NCBI GenBank assembly: GCA_965202585.1
Contig: OZ241831.1
Location: 17,918,001-17,982,000 of the forward strand
Direction of reading: 5' to 3'
Length of the DNA: 64,000 bases
DNA from: Thalia democratica
Taxonomy: Eukaryota
How positions within the stretch are numbered: position 1 is the first letter of the stretch; every line of letters starts with the position of its first letter. Position numbers and translations under genes: made by a program. Shown here in pieces: positions 35,343-49,500 of this stretch. The notes under the pieces were generated by a model. That model did no database searches and had not been told where the DNA came from. It saw only the letters and a program-made list of their open reading frames with translations.

Positions 35343-35765
35343 GTATAGGTGTCAAATATGCACGAAAGGAGACTTTTGCACGAAGACACTTTTGCACAGA
35401 TTGAAATTTTTTTAAAATATTTTTTTTTGTTATTTTTATTTAAACTACCATTGTAACCCCTAACCCTTACCCTCGGTTAGTAACTTTTTTTTTTCTTTTT
35501 TTTTATTATTTTATTTACTTTTTTATCTTTTATTCCTTGTTTTTTCTAACAATATTTTTCATTAGTTTTTTATTTATTTTTACTATCACTGTTACCCCTA
35601 ACCCTTACCCTCGGTCAGTAATTTTTTTTTCTGCTTTTTTATTCATTAATTTATCTAATTGTAATTTTTTCTAGTTTTTTTTTGTTTTTTTCAATACTTT
35701 ATCTATTTTCTTACTATCGTGCAAAAATGACCCTTCGTGCAAAAAAGTTATTGTGACCTGTTTCC
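35343..35765. mobile_element. Non-autonomous Mutator-like element (same family as 6188 and 27892)
   Basis: ttttgcacga arrays on the left, tcgtgcaaaa on the right; two accctaacccttaccctcggt units; 9-bp flanks actaaaaat / actaaaagt. Confidence 0.78.
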
Positions 35766-38700
35766 ACTAAAAGTATTTAGAAATATTTTATGGTTCGTTA
35801 CTAAATATAAATTTATCTACTAAACATAAGATATTCTACAGTATTGCATTATGTAGACTGATAGTAAGTATAGTTGTGTTCCTTATAAAAGTTACATATT
35901 TAAGATTAAAACTACATTAGTTAATACGAATAAATACCACTTTTACGCTATGTATTATATGACCAAAACAATATTAAGAAGTTTCAGGCTATAAGTTACT
36001 GCTACGAATTACATAAAACTACAACTCTTTCAAAAAGCTTCATTAGAAAAATGTTACGTGTTTTATTTTTTTGTTATGCTTAATCTGTTACATTTTATTA
36101 AAAGAGGTAAATTTCGCCGTAAAAATTTTAGAACAATAACTATTTTCTTTTCAAAATTCAGCAACTAAATTTACGGCTTTAAAATATAAAATTTTAAGGT
36201 AAATAACAACTGTTTTAAAATAATTTTTATTCAAAACTTTTTTAAACAAAACTCCTTTCTATTATTTGAATTGTTCTGATTGTAGTATAAAATTCTGATT
36301 ACTTTTCAAATACTTATATTAAATTCTATTAAAAGTTTTATCTATATAAAAGCGATACAGTGTTTAAATTAGTAAAAATTATGAACAAGTAAGTGTTAAT
36401 AAGTTAAATAATAATTAAAAAAGTTTATAAGTTATAAAAAGTTGTAGAATTAAAGCCTGTTCATAAAATTCTTTAAAGAAAAATTTTGCTCTTTGAATTT
36501 TACTGTATTAGTTAGCTTTAAATAAGAAAAATGTAATATTTTATTTAAACATAGGGTAAAACTGTTTACGAGGTTTTTTTATTTCTATTAGTATTTTTAG
36601 AGACTTTATAAATTTTAAAACCATATTTTCAAATATTTAAGTATAAAAGAACCTAACGATTGCAAAAAATGTTAGAATATGTAAACAGCTTTACGATAAG
36701 TCTTTGAAACTTTTAGAGCGATCGAAAAAAGTAAAAGGTTTTATTTAAACATTACCTTTTAATTACGTATTTTTTAGAAACATTTTTGAAGCCTTAACTG
36801 TAAATTGTAAGTAATCAATTCTAATAACAAGGGATAAAAATAAGTAAAAATCGAGAGCTGATAATCTTATTACAATTGAAGTTTTGAAATTAGAAGACTA
36901 TAAAACCATTAACCTAGTTTTTAGATAATCAATAAGACAGCAGTTTGAATAATAGAACTGATGTGACCACATATATCTTCCGTTTAATTGATGGCGTTTT
37001 TACTTTTAAAATTTTGAAGCGTTATATTTTTTTTAAGAATAACTTAGTCTTGCAAATTTTAAATTTACAATTTTTTTTTTGACAAAATAATATAAGTTTT
37101 AAAGACTTTTTAGAAAGTATGTAAACTTTGTTAGACATTTGAAATGAATGTGATCTTTTTATATGTATTACAGCTACCCTTTGCATAAAAATTACTTATA
37201 ATTGAGTGAGTTTCAGACACTAAGACGATTTCCATATCTGATGTTCATCACATGCGACGATAAGCCATGTGGTCTCATCATCGCCGGAAAATGATCACTC
37301 TTCGATGTGAGTGATAGATCATTATGACATCATAAGGGTGAGTTTATCATGTAAAAACAATCTGCTGCGTTTCTTACAAGTTTCTGTATAAAGTATACAA
37401 AAATAACTGATAACAATAAAAAATATGATATTAAAGTTTGTTAAATAAAACACTGCTTGTTAGACGTTACTGTAGGGATTTATGATATTCTACACTTAAG
37501 TAGCAAAACGCAATATAAATACTTTCAAAAATATTCTTTTTTATTAAAAAACAACTTATTATATGTTTTAGTAAAATAGCTTTTATATTATAAACAATAT
37601 CAAAACACCTCAGCTTCATTTTCTTAAGTAAGTTATGTTTTTATTATTACTTGTTAATCAAAACCGATTTAAAGAAGTTAAAAAAATATACGTATTACGT
37701 ATTATTATTTTTTAATATTTGTAATAAATTTATATAATATTTGTGTAAAGTTGTTGTTAAAACAGCATTTAATAAGTTCAAATAAAAAGAGTGCTTAAGT
37801 AAGTTGTCGAGATGAATATACATTTACTACATATAGACTAATAGCGAGTTATGTAAATTCAACATTTGAGACTTGTTTGTTCTTCAAAGGTTGTTTTTTT
37901 CCGCAAAACTGCTTTCGATGTTTGATTAATACTTTTTTTACGTATTACACCTGTTAAAAACTTTTTGGCTGAAACACAGCATAATTATCATTAACACTTT
38001 GATTAGAAGTCTTGGAATTATTCAAATATAAATGAAAACTTTTGTATTAATCCAAATATTTTGGCAAAGTTTCAAAAGCTTAGACTTTCCGAAAATCAAA
38101 GGAAAAAGGTATAAAAGTCATATGTAGTTTAAAAGAATTGTTTTTAATAATTTATAGTTATAATTTAAATTTTATAATTGCCTTAAAATAACAATTAATC
38201 ACTTTAACACGCTAGTTTGACTTATTTAAAAGCTTTTTTATCACATAAGACTTATAGTTATAAAGTGTTTTTGACGACCTTTTTCTTTGTATTTTACATC
38301 AATAAAAGTAAAACTATCTGTAATGTAAAAACTGTTACTTGCTATAGAAAATTTTAGTCGTGTTAAGAATGAGTAAAACCTTTTTTTTTTAGCTTACTTA
38401 AAAAAACAAAGCGACGCCTTTGCTAAACAACTTAATTAGATTAATTACATATTTTACCTTTGTGGTCACATTAAGTCGTAAAGTAAATAAATAACTATAA
38501 ACTCTGTAAATTCGTGTTTATCAAAAGCAGCTAAACTCTTGTAAAACCAAACAGTTTGTGGACTTTATTAAAATTTCTTAAGGTTAAAGATTTAAAGATT
38601 TTAAATTTATTTTTTACTTTAATACTTTTTAATTAAACTTATGTTTTTGGCTTATTCAGAAAAATTTACGAGAATTATCTTCACATTTCACGTTTTAATT

Positions 38701-41700
38701 TTACTAATAATAGGTTTTAATCTTTTAGTATACTCTTAAAAAATCTGATTTTTAAAGCATAACAATTTACTTGTATAGTTTTTTATTATTTCTATAAACA
38801 ACAAAACTATGTTTTTACAAAAATGGCGCCTCTAATATTCTTTCCATGAAATTAAATTGAATCATAAACTTATATTACACATGTATAACTAAATGTATTT
38901 ATATAAATTTAACATTTAAAAAGTTTTAAACATATTATACAAGCATTCTACATAAAATCTAGATTAAAATATTACGTATTGGTTTATTAATAAAAAATAT
39001 GGTTCCAAAATTAACCTGAGGATATAGCTTCTCTGAGAATTAGAAAAGGTTAGCTATTTTTAATTTATGTCTAATAAATAAACATATATTTGAACAAATA
39101 AAAGCTCAGTAAATTGTTTTTAAATCTTCTTTGTTTTTATCGTGAAAAATATAGTATTTGTTTTCGAACTTTAGTTAATTTTTTTACGTTTTGTGAAGCT
39201 TTAAAAGCCCTTTATTTTATGATCATTGTTTAAATTTATAGATAAAATAACTTAAAACCTGTTATATTAGTAATTTAGTATTCACTTACTTCGTCATTGA
39301 ATTATAATAGTTTTAAGCACTAAAGTTTCATACATAAGATTTTTTTAAAGTTTAAGTTTATACTTAAGCAAAGTTTATTTTGTACAATAGCTGCTAAAAA
39401 CTCGTAACTTGTTTAAAAATAAAATACTTTAAAGTGTTTTAAATGCTAGAAAAAGTGCTAAACGCTGCTAATTGATCGCTGCATATATCTTTGAAAATTA
39501 CCTCTCTTAAACTTTTGCACAGTGTTTGGCGCCAAAATAAAACTGGTAACCAAAACAAATTAGGCTTAAAAAGATTATCAGCTAGCAGACAAAAATTAGC
39601 TACCGAATTTTTACGCTAATTACGAAGTGTTGATGCTGCTAAGTGAGCGGTAGTAATTGTTTCGAAGTGCAAAGTAAACGGATGCTCGACTAATGTAACT
39701 AGTTTCGCAAACAATTACTTTTAGTTAAAAATGTTTCTTTGTCTTGTTTTTTCAAGTTAGTTTGTTTAAAATTGTAAACATAAATGAAAAGATAAAAACA
39801 GAAAAACTAAAGAATTTGTTGTTTATCGATGTATAGCTTGCGCAAATTTTTTATTTGATGATTTTATGGATTTAAAATTGTTGCTCGTATGGTGAAGATT
39901 ATTAGGTCATTTTTTAGCAAATGTATTTTTAACAAAGATAAATTAATTTGAATATAAAATAATTGTATTATAGGATAATCTTGATAAAAAACAAAATTAA
40001 CATTAATTTTTATAAAACTTTACTTCTGGGTCTCAAACATCATATTTTCAATTTTTTTTTTCCATGAGTGTTTTAATAATGATAAGGAAAATTAAAAGTT
40101 TTATACTTTGTAGTAACAAATTGAGTCTGTAAAGCATATGTATTGTGAGCGATCAATCACAAAAAGTAAACATCAATCGTGCGTCGTTAACTTGTCGTTA
40201 GTGCCGGTAAACGAGATGATTTTACTTCCGATAAACGAGGGGCGACAACAAAGTATTAATGTCTAAAATTCAGAGACATCGCCGATCTTGTTCAACTTGA
40301 ACGACATTTCGAGCGAAAGTCGTGTGTGATAATGACGTAACAATTGATGATATCTTATTTCTTAAAGTATTTGTTTACTGCATGACCTTTTTCTCTCTGC
40401 GACAACAAGCGGAATAGTTTTAACATTTGAATTTATCACAACTTACCAAAGTTTAGTTTCTTTCAGATAAAACTGTAAATTTAAGCAAAAAAAAAAGCAT
40501 AAATCTAGTCTTATGTATCAAAAAGTTTAACTAATTATTGATAAAAATGAAACTATTTATTACACTTATGTTTGGTTAGTAGTGGGCAACGTACGGTATT
40601 CGAAGTACTTTTCAGCTCAAAAAAAATTGTGTAAATCAAGCAATTTTTAGCATTGCAATAAAAAATGTTTTTTAAATGAGCTCTTAATTTGATTTTAAGT
40701 GCTTAAAATGTTTATTAGATGATCATTTTATAAGTTATTCAACTTTAAAAAACTACTTTTGTAGTTTTTATCATATAGTTATTCAAAAATTTGTTCAACG
40801 GTTAAACGTTTTTTAACATAACCGGCACGCGTAGGGTTTTTCTGATAAGTTAGGTCCACCAACTAAAAAAAGTGTCCCTATGTATTTATTAAAATGGTTA
40901 TTCTAATAGTTGACATTTAATAAAATACTTTTTAACAAATTTATAGAACAAAAGATAAACTAAAAGTTTAAAAATGATTAATAATTTATTAAAAAAAATT
41001 GATTCTTAACTTGAGATATATGATAGTTACAAAATTAACTTAGTTTTTAAAACTAGTTGTGAACAATGGTTGCTAATAAAAAAAAAATTTCAATGGAATA
41101 TTATAACAAAATTTTGAAAAATTTAATTTGAAGTAATGTAAAGCTGAACTAATTTATCTATTTCCGATTTTTAACACACCTATAACTTTATATTACAAAT
41201 ATATTAATCTTTAAGTTACTTAATGTTATTTTTGTTTTATGTTAATATTTTCGTATGTTTTCTAACTAAAATACTTTAAATAAAATGCATTTGAACATAA
41301 TCTCGAATTATAATACACTAAAACAAATTTTTAATAATTAATAAATGAATAATAAAGGTTTTTTTTCTTTACTAAATATATATATTTTTTTTATATTAAG
41401 TTTATGAACTAAAAAAAAGTTAATACGAAAATTTTTAATAAAATTCTGTCTAACTTTTTGTAACATCTTGTTTTTATATAGAAATGCACATTTGATTTAA
41501 TAGCTTAAACTGAAATGAACTTTATTACCCCTATGTTTTAGTGTCTTTAAGGTTTTTAAGAACACATAACATAAATAATTATTTTTAAATATTTTTTATA
41601 TGTTTTTAGTGATTTAGACACTCTTACATGTACAGTTTTCAATTTATAGATAAATTATCGTAAAAATAAAACGTGTAACACTATAAAGTAAATAAGAAAA

Positions 41701-42210
41701 CATTTCACAAAAAATTGATTTGTAACTCAAGTAAAAATTTGTTTTTACAAAGAAAAACAAAAGAAAGTCTTCATAAAATAAAATAACTTATATACAATAC
41801 TTAACAAAAAACTTTTATAATTGAAAGTAAAACTTAAACTTAATAGTTTTAAGTTAATATGTATGCGTTTTATTGATTTAAAACTACGAACAGCGTTGTA
41901 TGGTTATAGTAGGCTTAATAAAACAAAATTAACAACTTTTTAATATTATCAGAAAGTTTGAGCTGTTAAATAAATAAAAATTAAGTTATCAAAATTGTTA
42001 TTATCCAAAAAAACATTTTATAATATTCAACTTTAGTTGAAACAAGTAAGTAATTTTTCAAACTATCTTAAACATGTAAAACTGTAGTTTAGCTAATATT
42101 ATAATAAATAACTATTAACAGCTATTGAAAAAGTATTTCTTTTATTTTTTTTTTCAAAATATTTAAATCGAAGTTTAAACCACAAAAAACTTGCTACTTG
42201 GTAACTTAGT

Positions 42211-42407
42211 ATGACGAGTGCCAATCAAACAAGCAAATTATTTTCAAAACGACCAAACGGCGCCATGAAAAAAAGACAAAAATGTATATGCATTTATCGC
42301 AAGTCGCCATCGACGAGAAACTGACAGTTGGTGCAATGAGATCGACGAAATATTTCGTTTCCACCGGCAGATTAGCTTTATTTTTCGCTGGGAATACACT
42401 ACTGTAA
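42211..42407 (+). other. Duplicated conserved element, copy B (41-codon sORF at 42282-42407)
   Basis: Paralog of 24204-24401, same orientation, offset ~18.0 kb. Confidence 0.85.
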
Positions 42408-45400
42408 ATGAAAAAAAACGCAAGACGCAAATTATTTTAATGTTTTTAAATTGCATAATTGATTTTAATTAGCTTTATTTTTATGCACATCTTTATTAAA
42501 AAACTGAATTTTATAAAACTATAGCTCTTTTACAACGTATTCATCATAAATATTTATATTAAAATAAAGGATTAAAATTAGTATATTTGTAGATTTAAAA
42601 TTATAAAAGTAGATCTAAAAGGTCTTTAATGGTAGAAAAAAATTACTTTACTTTATACTTTACTTTATAAACAGAAACTATTAAAACGAAAGATTTAGAT
42701 ACGAATCAGATGTTGATTGATAGATCAGTAACTAAAGTAGCCCAAAAGTGATGTAAATACGTTGGCCTTTTCATACGGACGGATCTTTAAACAGGGTAGG
42801 CTAACGTAAGCTTTAAACTAAAGCTGGGGAAACTTAAATCAACCTTGACTTATACCTTGAGGTTTCTCACGAGTAATCAGTAGTCTGGTACATTTACAAA
42901 GTTTTAGAAAGATAACATTTAGCAAATATGATTGAGTGTTTTAAATAGCAGCGTTTTTAAAACTAATGAATCCTGAAAATTTTAATTCCTTTAATACATT
43001 TAAATTTACGTATCTCTTTTTATTTTATATAAATAAGAAGAAAAAAAGCATGTTTTATTTTTAGTAAACTTATTTGTGTTTTTAAATAGTTTTCTAAAAC
43101 TTACATATTCTAAATTAACATGAATATGCTTTCTTCAAACAGTTACAGTTAGCCTAGAAATTGGTAACAACTATAGCATCGTCAATAAGTTTTATTTTTT
43201 ACCTAAGATTTCTGTCAATTTTATACGGTTCTTAAATTGTTTCAAAGTTTACGTCTAACACTTAAACAAATTTATAGCTTTTAATTCAGTAAGTTACAGA
43301 CAAATAGAGTTTTATTCATTGGGATCATAATCCTGTTTTATGACAACTTATTAGAAAAGCATGCTTTTAAGTAAAAACTAATCAAAAACTTCCAAATATA
43401 AACAATTCAAATTTTATTTAAACATTGATAAATAACTTACAAGTAGTTTAAAAATATCTAGTTGTAAAATCTTATAATTCAAACCTTTAAACTTTTTTAT
43501 TTCTGTGGTAAAGGCTAAATATATGCAAATATGCAACCAAACATAGTCTGTGTCACAAAATTTATTTGCAATTAAACCGAAATTAAACATGTTCAGACGG
43601 CAATTTATCTCTCTTTGGGCCGCTAATGACTTATTAACGACCGGTTGCGGCTCGTGACGTCACCATAGCGCAATTCGCTCAGTGCGAATTCTCAGACTGC
43701 AATTATTGTCAAGTCGGTAGCACTTAATCTGATTACTGACCAACGCGCATATTTAGTAAACTTTTTATTTCTAACAGCGTAGTAGCGAATTAAAACATTT
43801 TTTTTGCTATCAATAAATATTTAGTTTTCAAATGCTAGCCTGCAATAACTTTGTATTTTTATAAACTGTCACAACATGTTAGGACTTATGTATTGAAGTA
43901 TTACTTATGCAATAAATGGTACTTTTGATTAGATTTTATAGTGTTAATTAATATTTATATGTAAACAGCTTTAAAACATTTTTTAAGGCAACATTAAAAT
44001 TGCAAAAATAAATTTAGTTACAGATAAAATACAAAAATTTAATTATTAAATTATACTTTAAAAATGTACTCGTGCACTCGGTTTTTTTCTATTTATTTAA
44101 GCTAACATAAATTAAAAAGGACTAAACATGTAAGATTCTAAAACTATATCAATTTAGAACGTTTAAAGTTTATTAGGTTTTAATAGAGTTTGCACAACAA
44201 AATGAAACATGTAAAGAAATAAAGTACATTTTAAATTCTATAAAAGTATGTACTAAAGTATTTTGACATACCAAATTATACGAACTATGTTAGATAAAGC
44301 AACTAATGTTCATCAATAAAATATTATTCAGGTTATGTTACTATGAATTTTTAAACAATATGTTAGAATAAAACATATTTTTACGTAAGTATAAGTTAAA
44401 TTTAAAATAAACCATATAATATTTTTTTATTAATGTATCTATAATTTTAAAAAACTAATACGCTAATTTCAAAATTAACTTAAAATCTTATAATGCATAA
44501 AATACCACAACTATTGGTCTAAACTAAAACTATGGCATTTTATTGTTTTTTAATCTTTTATTAACTATATTTATGTGTATAACTTAACAGTCTTCTTAAT
44601 TTTAGCTTTGTATATTTGCTTTACGTATACATTATTGAAATAATAAGATAGCGATAATGTGCAAAACCTTTCATAAAGTTTTAGTTTTTTAAATTGATCA
44701 ATTCTTAATTGCTTTAATGTATTTTATATATAAAAAAAATTATTCAAATTTAATTTAACATTTGTTTTTTAAAATTCTGTTGAGTTCTGTTTAGCAAAGA
44801 AAAAAATTGTTAGATATCATGTTTAGTTTAAAAAAATAATATTCTACATTGTAAAATATTTTTGTAAGTTGCTTAATTTAAGTATACATATTTTTAATCT
44901 ACAGTTATCTACTCAAAGTCATAGTTTTGATCGCATTTATTTTGATATATTGATGATGTTAGGCGTAATACTGTGAAAAAACTGTTTTAGTTTAGTAAAA
45001 TCTGGTGCTATAAGTTGGGACTCATAAAAAATAAGCATTAATAGTTTATTTTTTTAAAAACAAAGCGTATACTTAACCTTTTTTTTTAGTTTTTATTGTT
45101 AAAAAATACTCTTAACAAGTTTTTTAAGGTTGCTAAATGAAATACACAACCAACACTAAAATGTTTTAATAACTATAACATACATAAAAACAATTAAGTT
45201 AATAGCTAAGTATTTAATAAAACTGTATTGCTACTGCTCCCGGTAAAATGCTTTAAGTAAGTTTACAACAAAAAAAAAACTTGGTTCTCAACTTTATAAC
45301 TATATAATATTTTTAATTTAGAAATATATAATCCTAACTAGAAATATCTTTAAACTTTACAAAGTTTTAAATTCGTATTTTAATTTTTTGGAACTAATAA

Positions 45401-46597
45401 CTTATGCTAGTTCTAGTTTTAAAAGTTTAAAAGTAAGTAAAACTTAAATGTTTGAAAAAATAAAACTTTGTTAAGAAATATGTTTTTAACTATATTAACA
45501 ATAAAATAACTATAAACTTTTAGTGGAGTACAGCAGTATTTTTCTTGAGTTCCCACTTTTCACCCAAAAAACGTTGTGTTTGAAGTGCAGATTTATACTT
45601 TTTAATTTATTTTTAAAAGTCTTTTTTCAGCTAATTGTTAATTAAAGAACAAATGTTTATTAAGGTCAATTCAAATATAGTCATTTTTTACAAAAAAATA
45701 AAACAAAAAGTTCAAATATACTTATAAAAATGCAAGAAAACTCAAAAAAGTTAGTGAAAATAAGAACCGTGCTTTTATATCTAAAAGTTTTATAATGAAA
45801 TACAAACAACAAAAATAAAAAGACCTTTTTAAAACTTACACAGTAAAAAATAAAAACGAACGATGTACTTTATATTAGCTTCATTTATAGTTGAAAAATG
45901 AATAAAAAAACTGTAAAGTAGGCAATGTTTAAAAACAAAATTTAAAACGAAGTAACAAACATTGAAGTTTAGTTCGAAAAGTAGATGTTTTAAAAAACAT
46001 ATCTTAACTAGTAGCTCGACTTTTAGGTCTGGCAGACTATTTTCGTTGTTGGTCAAATATTTTGAAAGTAACTAAAAGCTTAGTAAAACTTATCATAATA
46101 TCCAAACAGCAGTTTTAATTTCCGCTGAATTTACTTCTTTACTCCAAGTACAAAGACTTAGCTTAGTAAGTATGTAGTTTAATAGTTAAACATATTTAAT
46201 AGCTTCATTAGAAAGAATTGTGCTTATGAATATTTTTTTATGTTTTGTGAGTATTTATATATCTTCATAACATCATTTGATTTCAAAATATTAAAATAAG
46301 CAATTTTGTAAAAATAATTTATCATGATTTTTTGAATTCATTTTTTTTTGGTTTTGTTCAAAACTCAAAATATAGAGGAAGAAGACTGAATATCATTCCT
46401 TAGTCTACCTTCAAATAAACATAACTTGGGTTAATGTCTATTTATTTTGTTCAACTCAAATAACTTCAATTGGCAAAATAAGTTTCGGCTTAAACCGTTT
46501 TTAAAATTCATTCTTCCATAAAACTGTACTTTTTGAAATAAATTTTCTATTCTAATAGCTATAATGTTTTTGTTTGTAAAGGATAAATGGTCTAGAC

Positions 46598-49500
46598 CAG
46601 GGGTCGGCAAACTGCGGCCCGCGAGTACGTTTTTTCTTTGAACGGAATGCGGCCCGCGAAGGAAAATTTAACGGCCCGCGAGCGGGTGGGTGTCAGAATG
46701 ACACAGCGACAAAATGACACGGTGCGTCATTTTAGCACGGTGCGTCACTTCGACACGGAGGGTCACTTTGGCACGGCGACAAAATGACACGGTGCGTCAC
46801 TTTGGCACAGAGGGTCACTTTGACACGGCGACAAAATGACACGGTGCGTCAGCTTGGCACAGCGACAAAATGACACGGTGCGTCACCTTGGCACGGTGCG
46901 TCACTTTGGCACGGAGGGTCACTTTGGCACAGCGACACTTTGGCACGGAGGGTCACTTTGGCACAGCGACAAAATGACACGGTGCGTCACTTTGGCACAG
47001 AGCGTCACTTTGGCACAGCGACAAAACGACACGGTGCGTCACTTTGGCACAGCGACAAAATGACACGATGCGTCAATTTGGCACAGAGGGTCACTTTGGC
47101 ACTGCGACAAAACGACACGGTGCGTCACTTTGGCACGGAGGGTCACTTTGACACAACGACAAAACGACACGATACGTCACTTTGACACAGCGACAAAATG
47201 ACACGGTGCGTCACTATAGCATGGATTAACAAACTTATAAGGAAAACAAAACTTCTTCAGTAATATAACTTTTAAATGTAAAATTTTGATAGTAATTAGT
47301 TAAACAAAAGATTTATTATATTTTTTCCAAACTATAGTAGCTTGATACACTTGAAACTATATATGATACATTGCTTAAAATTTAAGTCATAGTATAAAAA
47401 CAAAAATATTCTTAAGTTTTATTTTTTAAGTTTCACGACTTTTCATATTTATGTAATGAATAAAATTTAGTATTTTTTGTTAAAAGTTTAATTAATTATT
47501 ATAAGGAATTGTTATAAAAAATAACTAAGATTTAATTTAATACAGAGTTATTTCGTAGTAAGAATAAGTCATGCGTGTTTTAACTCCAGTTTTTAAAAAA
47601 ACAGATGCTTTTGTAGTAACTAGCCATTTATATTAAATATGTATATATATTTATATTCAACAAAAGTTAATAAGTTAGGATGTTTACTTAAAACTCTGTA
47701 TTGAAAATATATAATAAACTTGTCTAAAAGCAAATAATTAAAATAAACGGTCCTGGTGCTAAATTTATGAAAAAGTTAAAAACAGTATTATGAACAGTTG
47801 AGAAAAAAGTAAGAGTCTGATGCAACCATTCATGCACATTTATATATTTATCACTTTAAAAAAAAATAATCACTAGAGGTTATACATATAACATTGCTGC
47901 TGCAGCCTTCTAATTAAAGCTGCAGCCATTCTATTAAAGTTAATACTATAAGTCTTTTTTATTTTTACAAAACTTTTTAGTCTAAAATATAAAAAATTAA
48001 ACTTAGAGTATGACAGATAAAATAGTATTTTTTTGCATATAAGGAATTAAATAGTATTTATATTTAATACAAAATCAGTAAATAAATTTCATAATAATAC
48101 AGTAAAAGCAGATTTTAATTTGCTAGTTAACCTTTTCTGCTACTTTATACTCTTGAGTTTTATTAAAAGTTTTAAAAAACTCGGTTTTGTCTAAACTCCG
48201 TTATGAAAATAATATTTAATTTTCTATTTTTAATCTTGCGAAAAAATAAGGAGTTTTTTGTAAAAATAAATACATTTTTTAAATTTTAAAACAATATTGT
48301 TTATTAATGAGGAGTTAACTTCTTTCTGATGAAAAAAAAAAAAGAAAAAAAATTATTTACTTTTGATATAAAATAGACAACATTTTGAAAGTATGGGGCA
48401 ATTGGGAGTAATTGGTGAAAGCGATGCTCTATTTACCCAATTATCATGGGCAACCAGTGGTCTCCAATATCTGTATTGAGACTTTGGAGACCACGGGTTG
48501 CCTGAGCTTTAGGAATATTCTAATAGGAATCAGACGCCTAATCCATTAAAAAACGGAGCGAGAAAATAATTTAGATAAATGCTAATCAATTTTTTAACGA
48601 GTTTAAAATCTTTACAATATCAATTGCGATAATGTTTTATTTTGCGAAGTTTTACTATTATAGTATTGAGAAATATTGTATTTTGTTAAAGTAAGTCTAC
48701 AATTGTATTACAAGTGTGTATTAGTGGTTTATTGAGTTTTATTTAAAGAGATGCTTGATGTAGGGAATGTTTTGCTAAAAAACTAATTTATTTGCGGTTA
48801 TTTGTACTTATACTTTTACCTATGCATTTTTAGTGCTTAGGTGCACAACTTTATTTGCGAACGAGCATTATGTTTATACTTCTAAGTGCACGATATATGT
48901 TGCAACTAACATAAGTCGCATAGAGGCGCATAATTTCGTTCTTTTAAGTCAAGTGCATAATGATTTTTTGAAGATGTTGCTACTAACGTAGGTCGTCAGG
49001 TAACGCAGTATTTTAGTTCAAAATTGCAACCTATTGAGTCGCCAAAAGAGCGCAAGTATTAATTTTTTTAAGCATAAAAACGTAAAATAAGAACCGCATT
49101 AGAATTTAGAATTACAACAGCAGAAAAGTTGTTTTCGATAACGTCTGAGTTTTAGTTTATTAAACAAATTTTCCTCTGTATTTACATCTACTAGTTTATT
49201 GTTTTGATGTGCTAAATGATTGATCTAAAATGTAGATTGTATTTTTTAAATCAGAATGTTGCTGAAGATTAAAAAGTATATTTATATGAGTTTCTATTGT
49301 TCTAGTCGTAAAATGGCAAGTCATTTTCTAATTTTTATTACTCGTTTCAAGTTCTAGTACTAAACTGTGTTTAAGTTTTTCCATTCGAAAGAAATCAAAA
49401 ATAAATTCCCTTTAATTTTGGCTTTTTATTTTGTTAAAAAAGTTGCTGCTTTTGCATCTTTGTGAACGTTGTTTGATACAAACAACTATTTGTCGTTTAT

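Noticed and set aside
38433-38443. Isolated TAATnnnATTA P3 sites
   Set aside because: In DNA this AT-rich, many such sites are expected by chance in 64 kb; they were noted only where they fall in CpG-rich islands.
46690-47215. CRISPR-like repeat array
   Set aside because: The units are three recurring modules with no unique spacers, there are no cas genes, the context is eukaryotic, and an inverted partner array with a TSD explains it as transposon termini.
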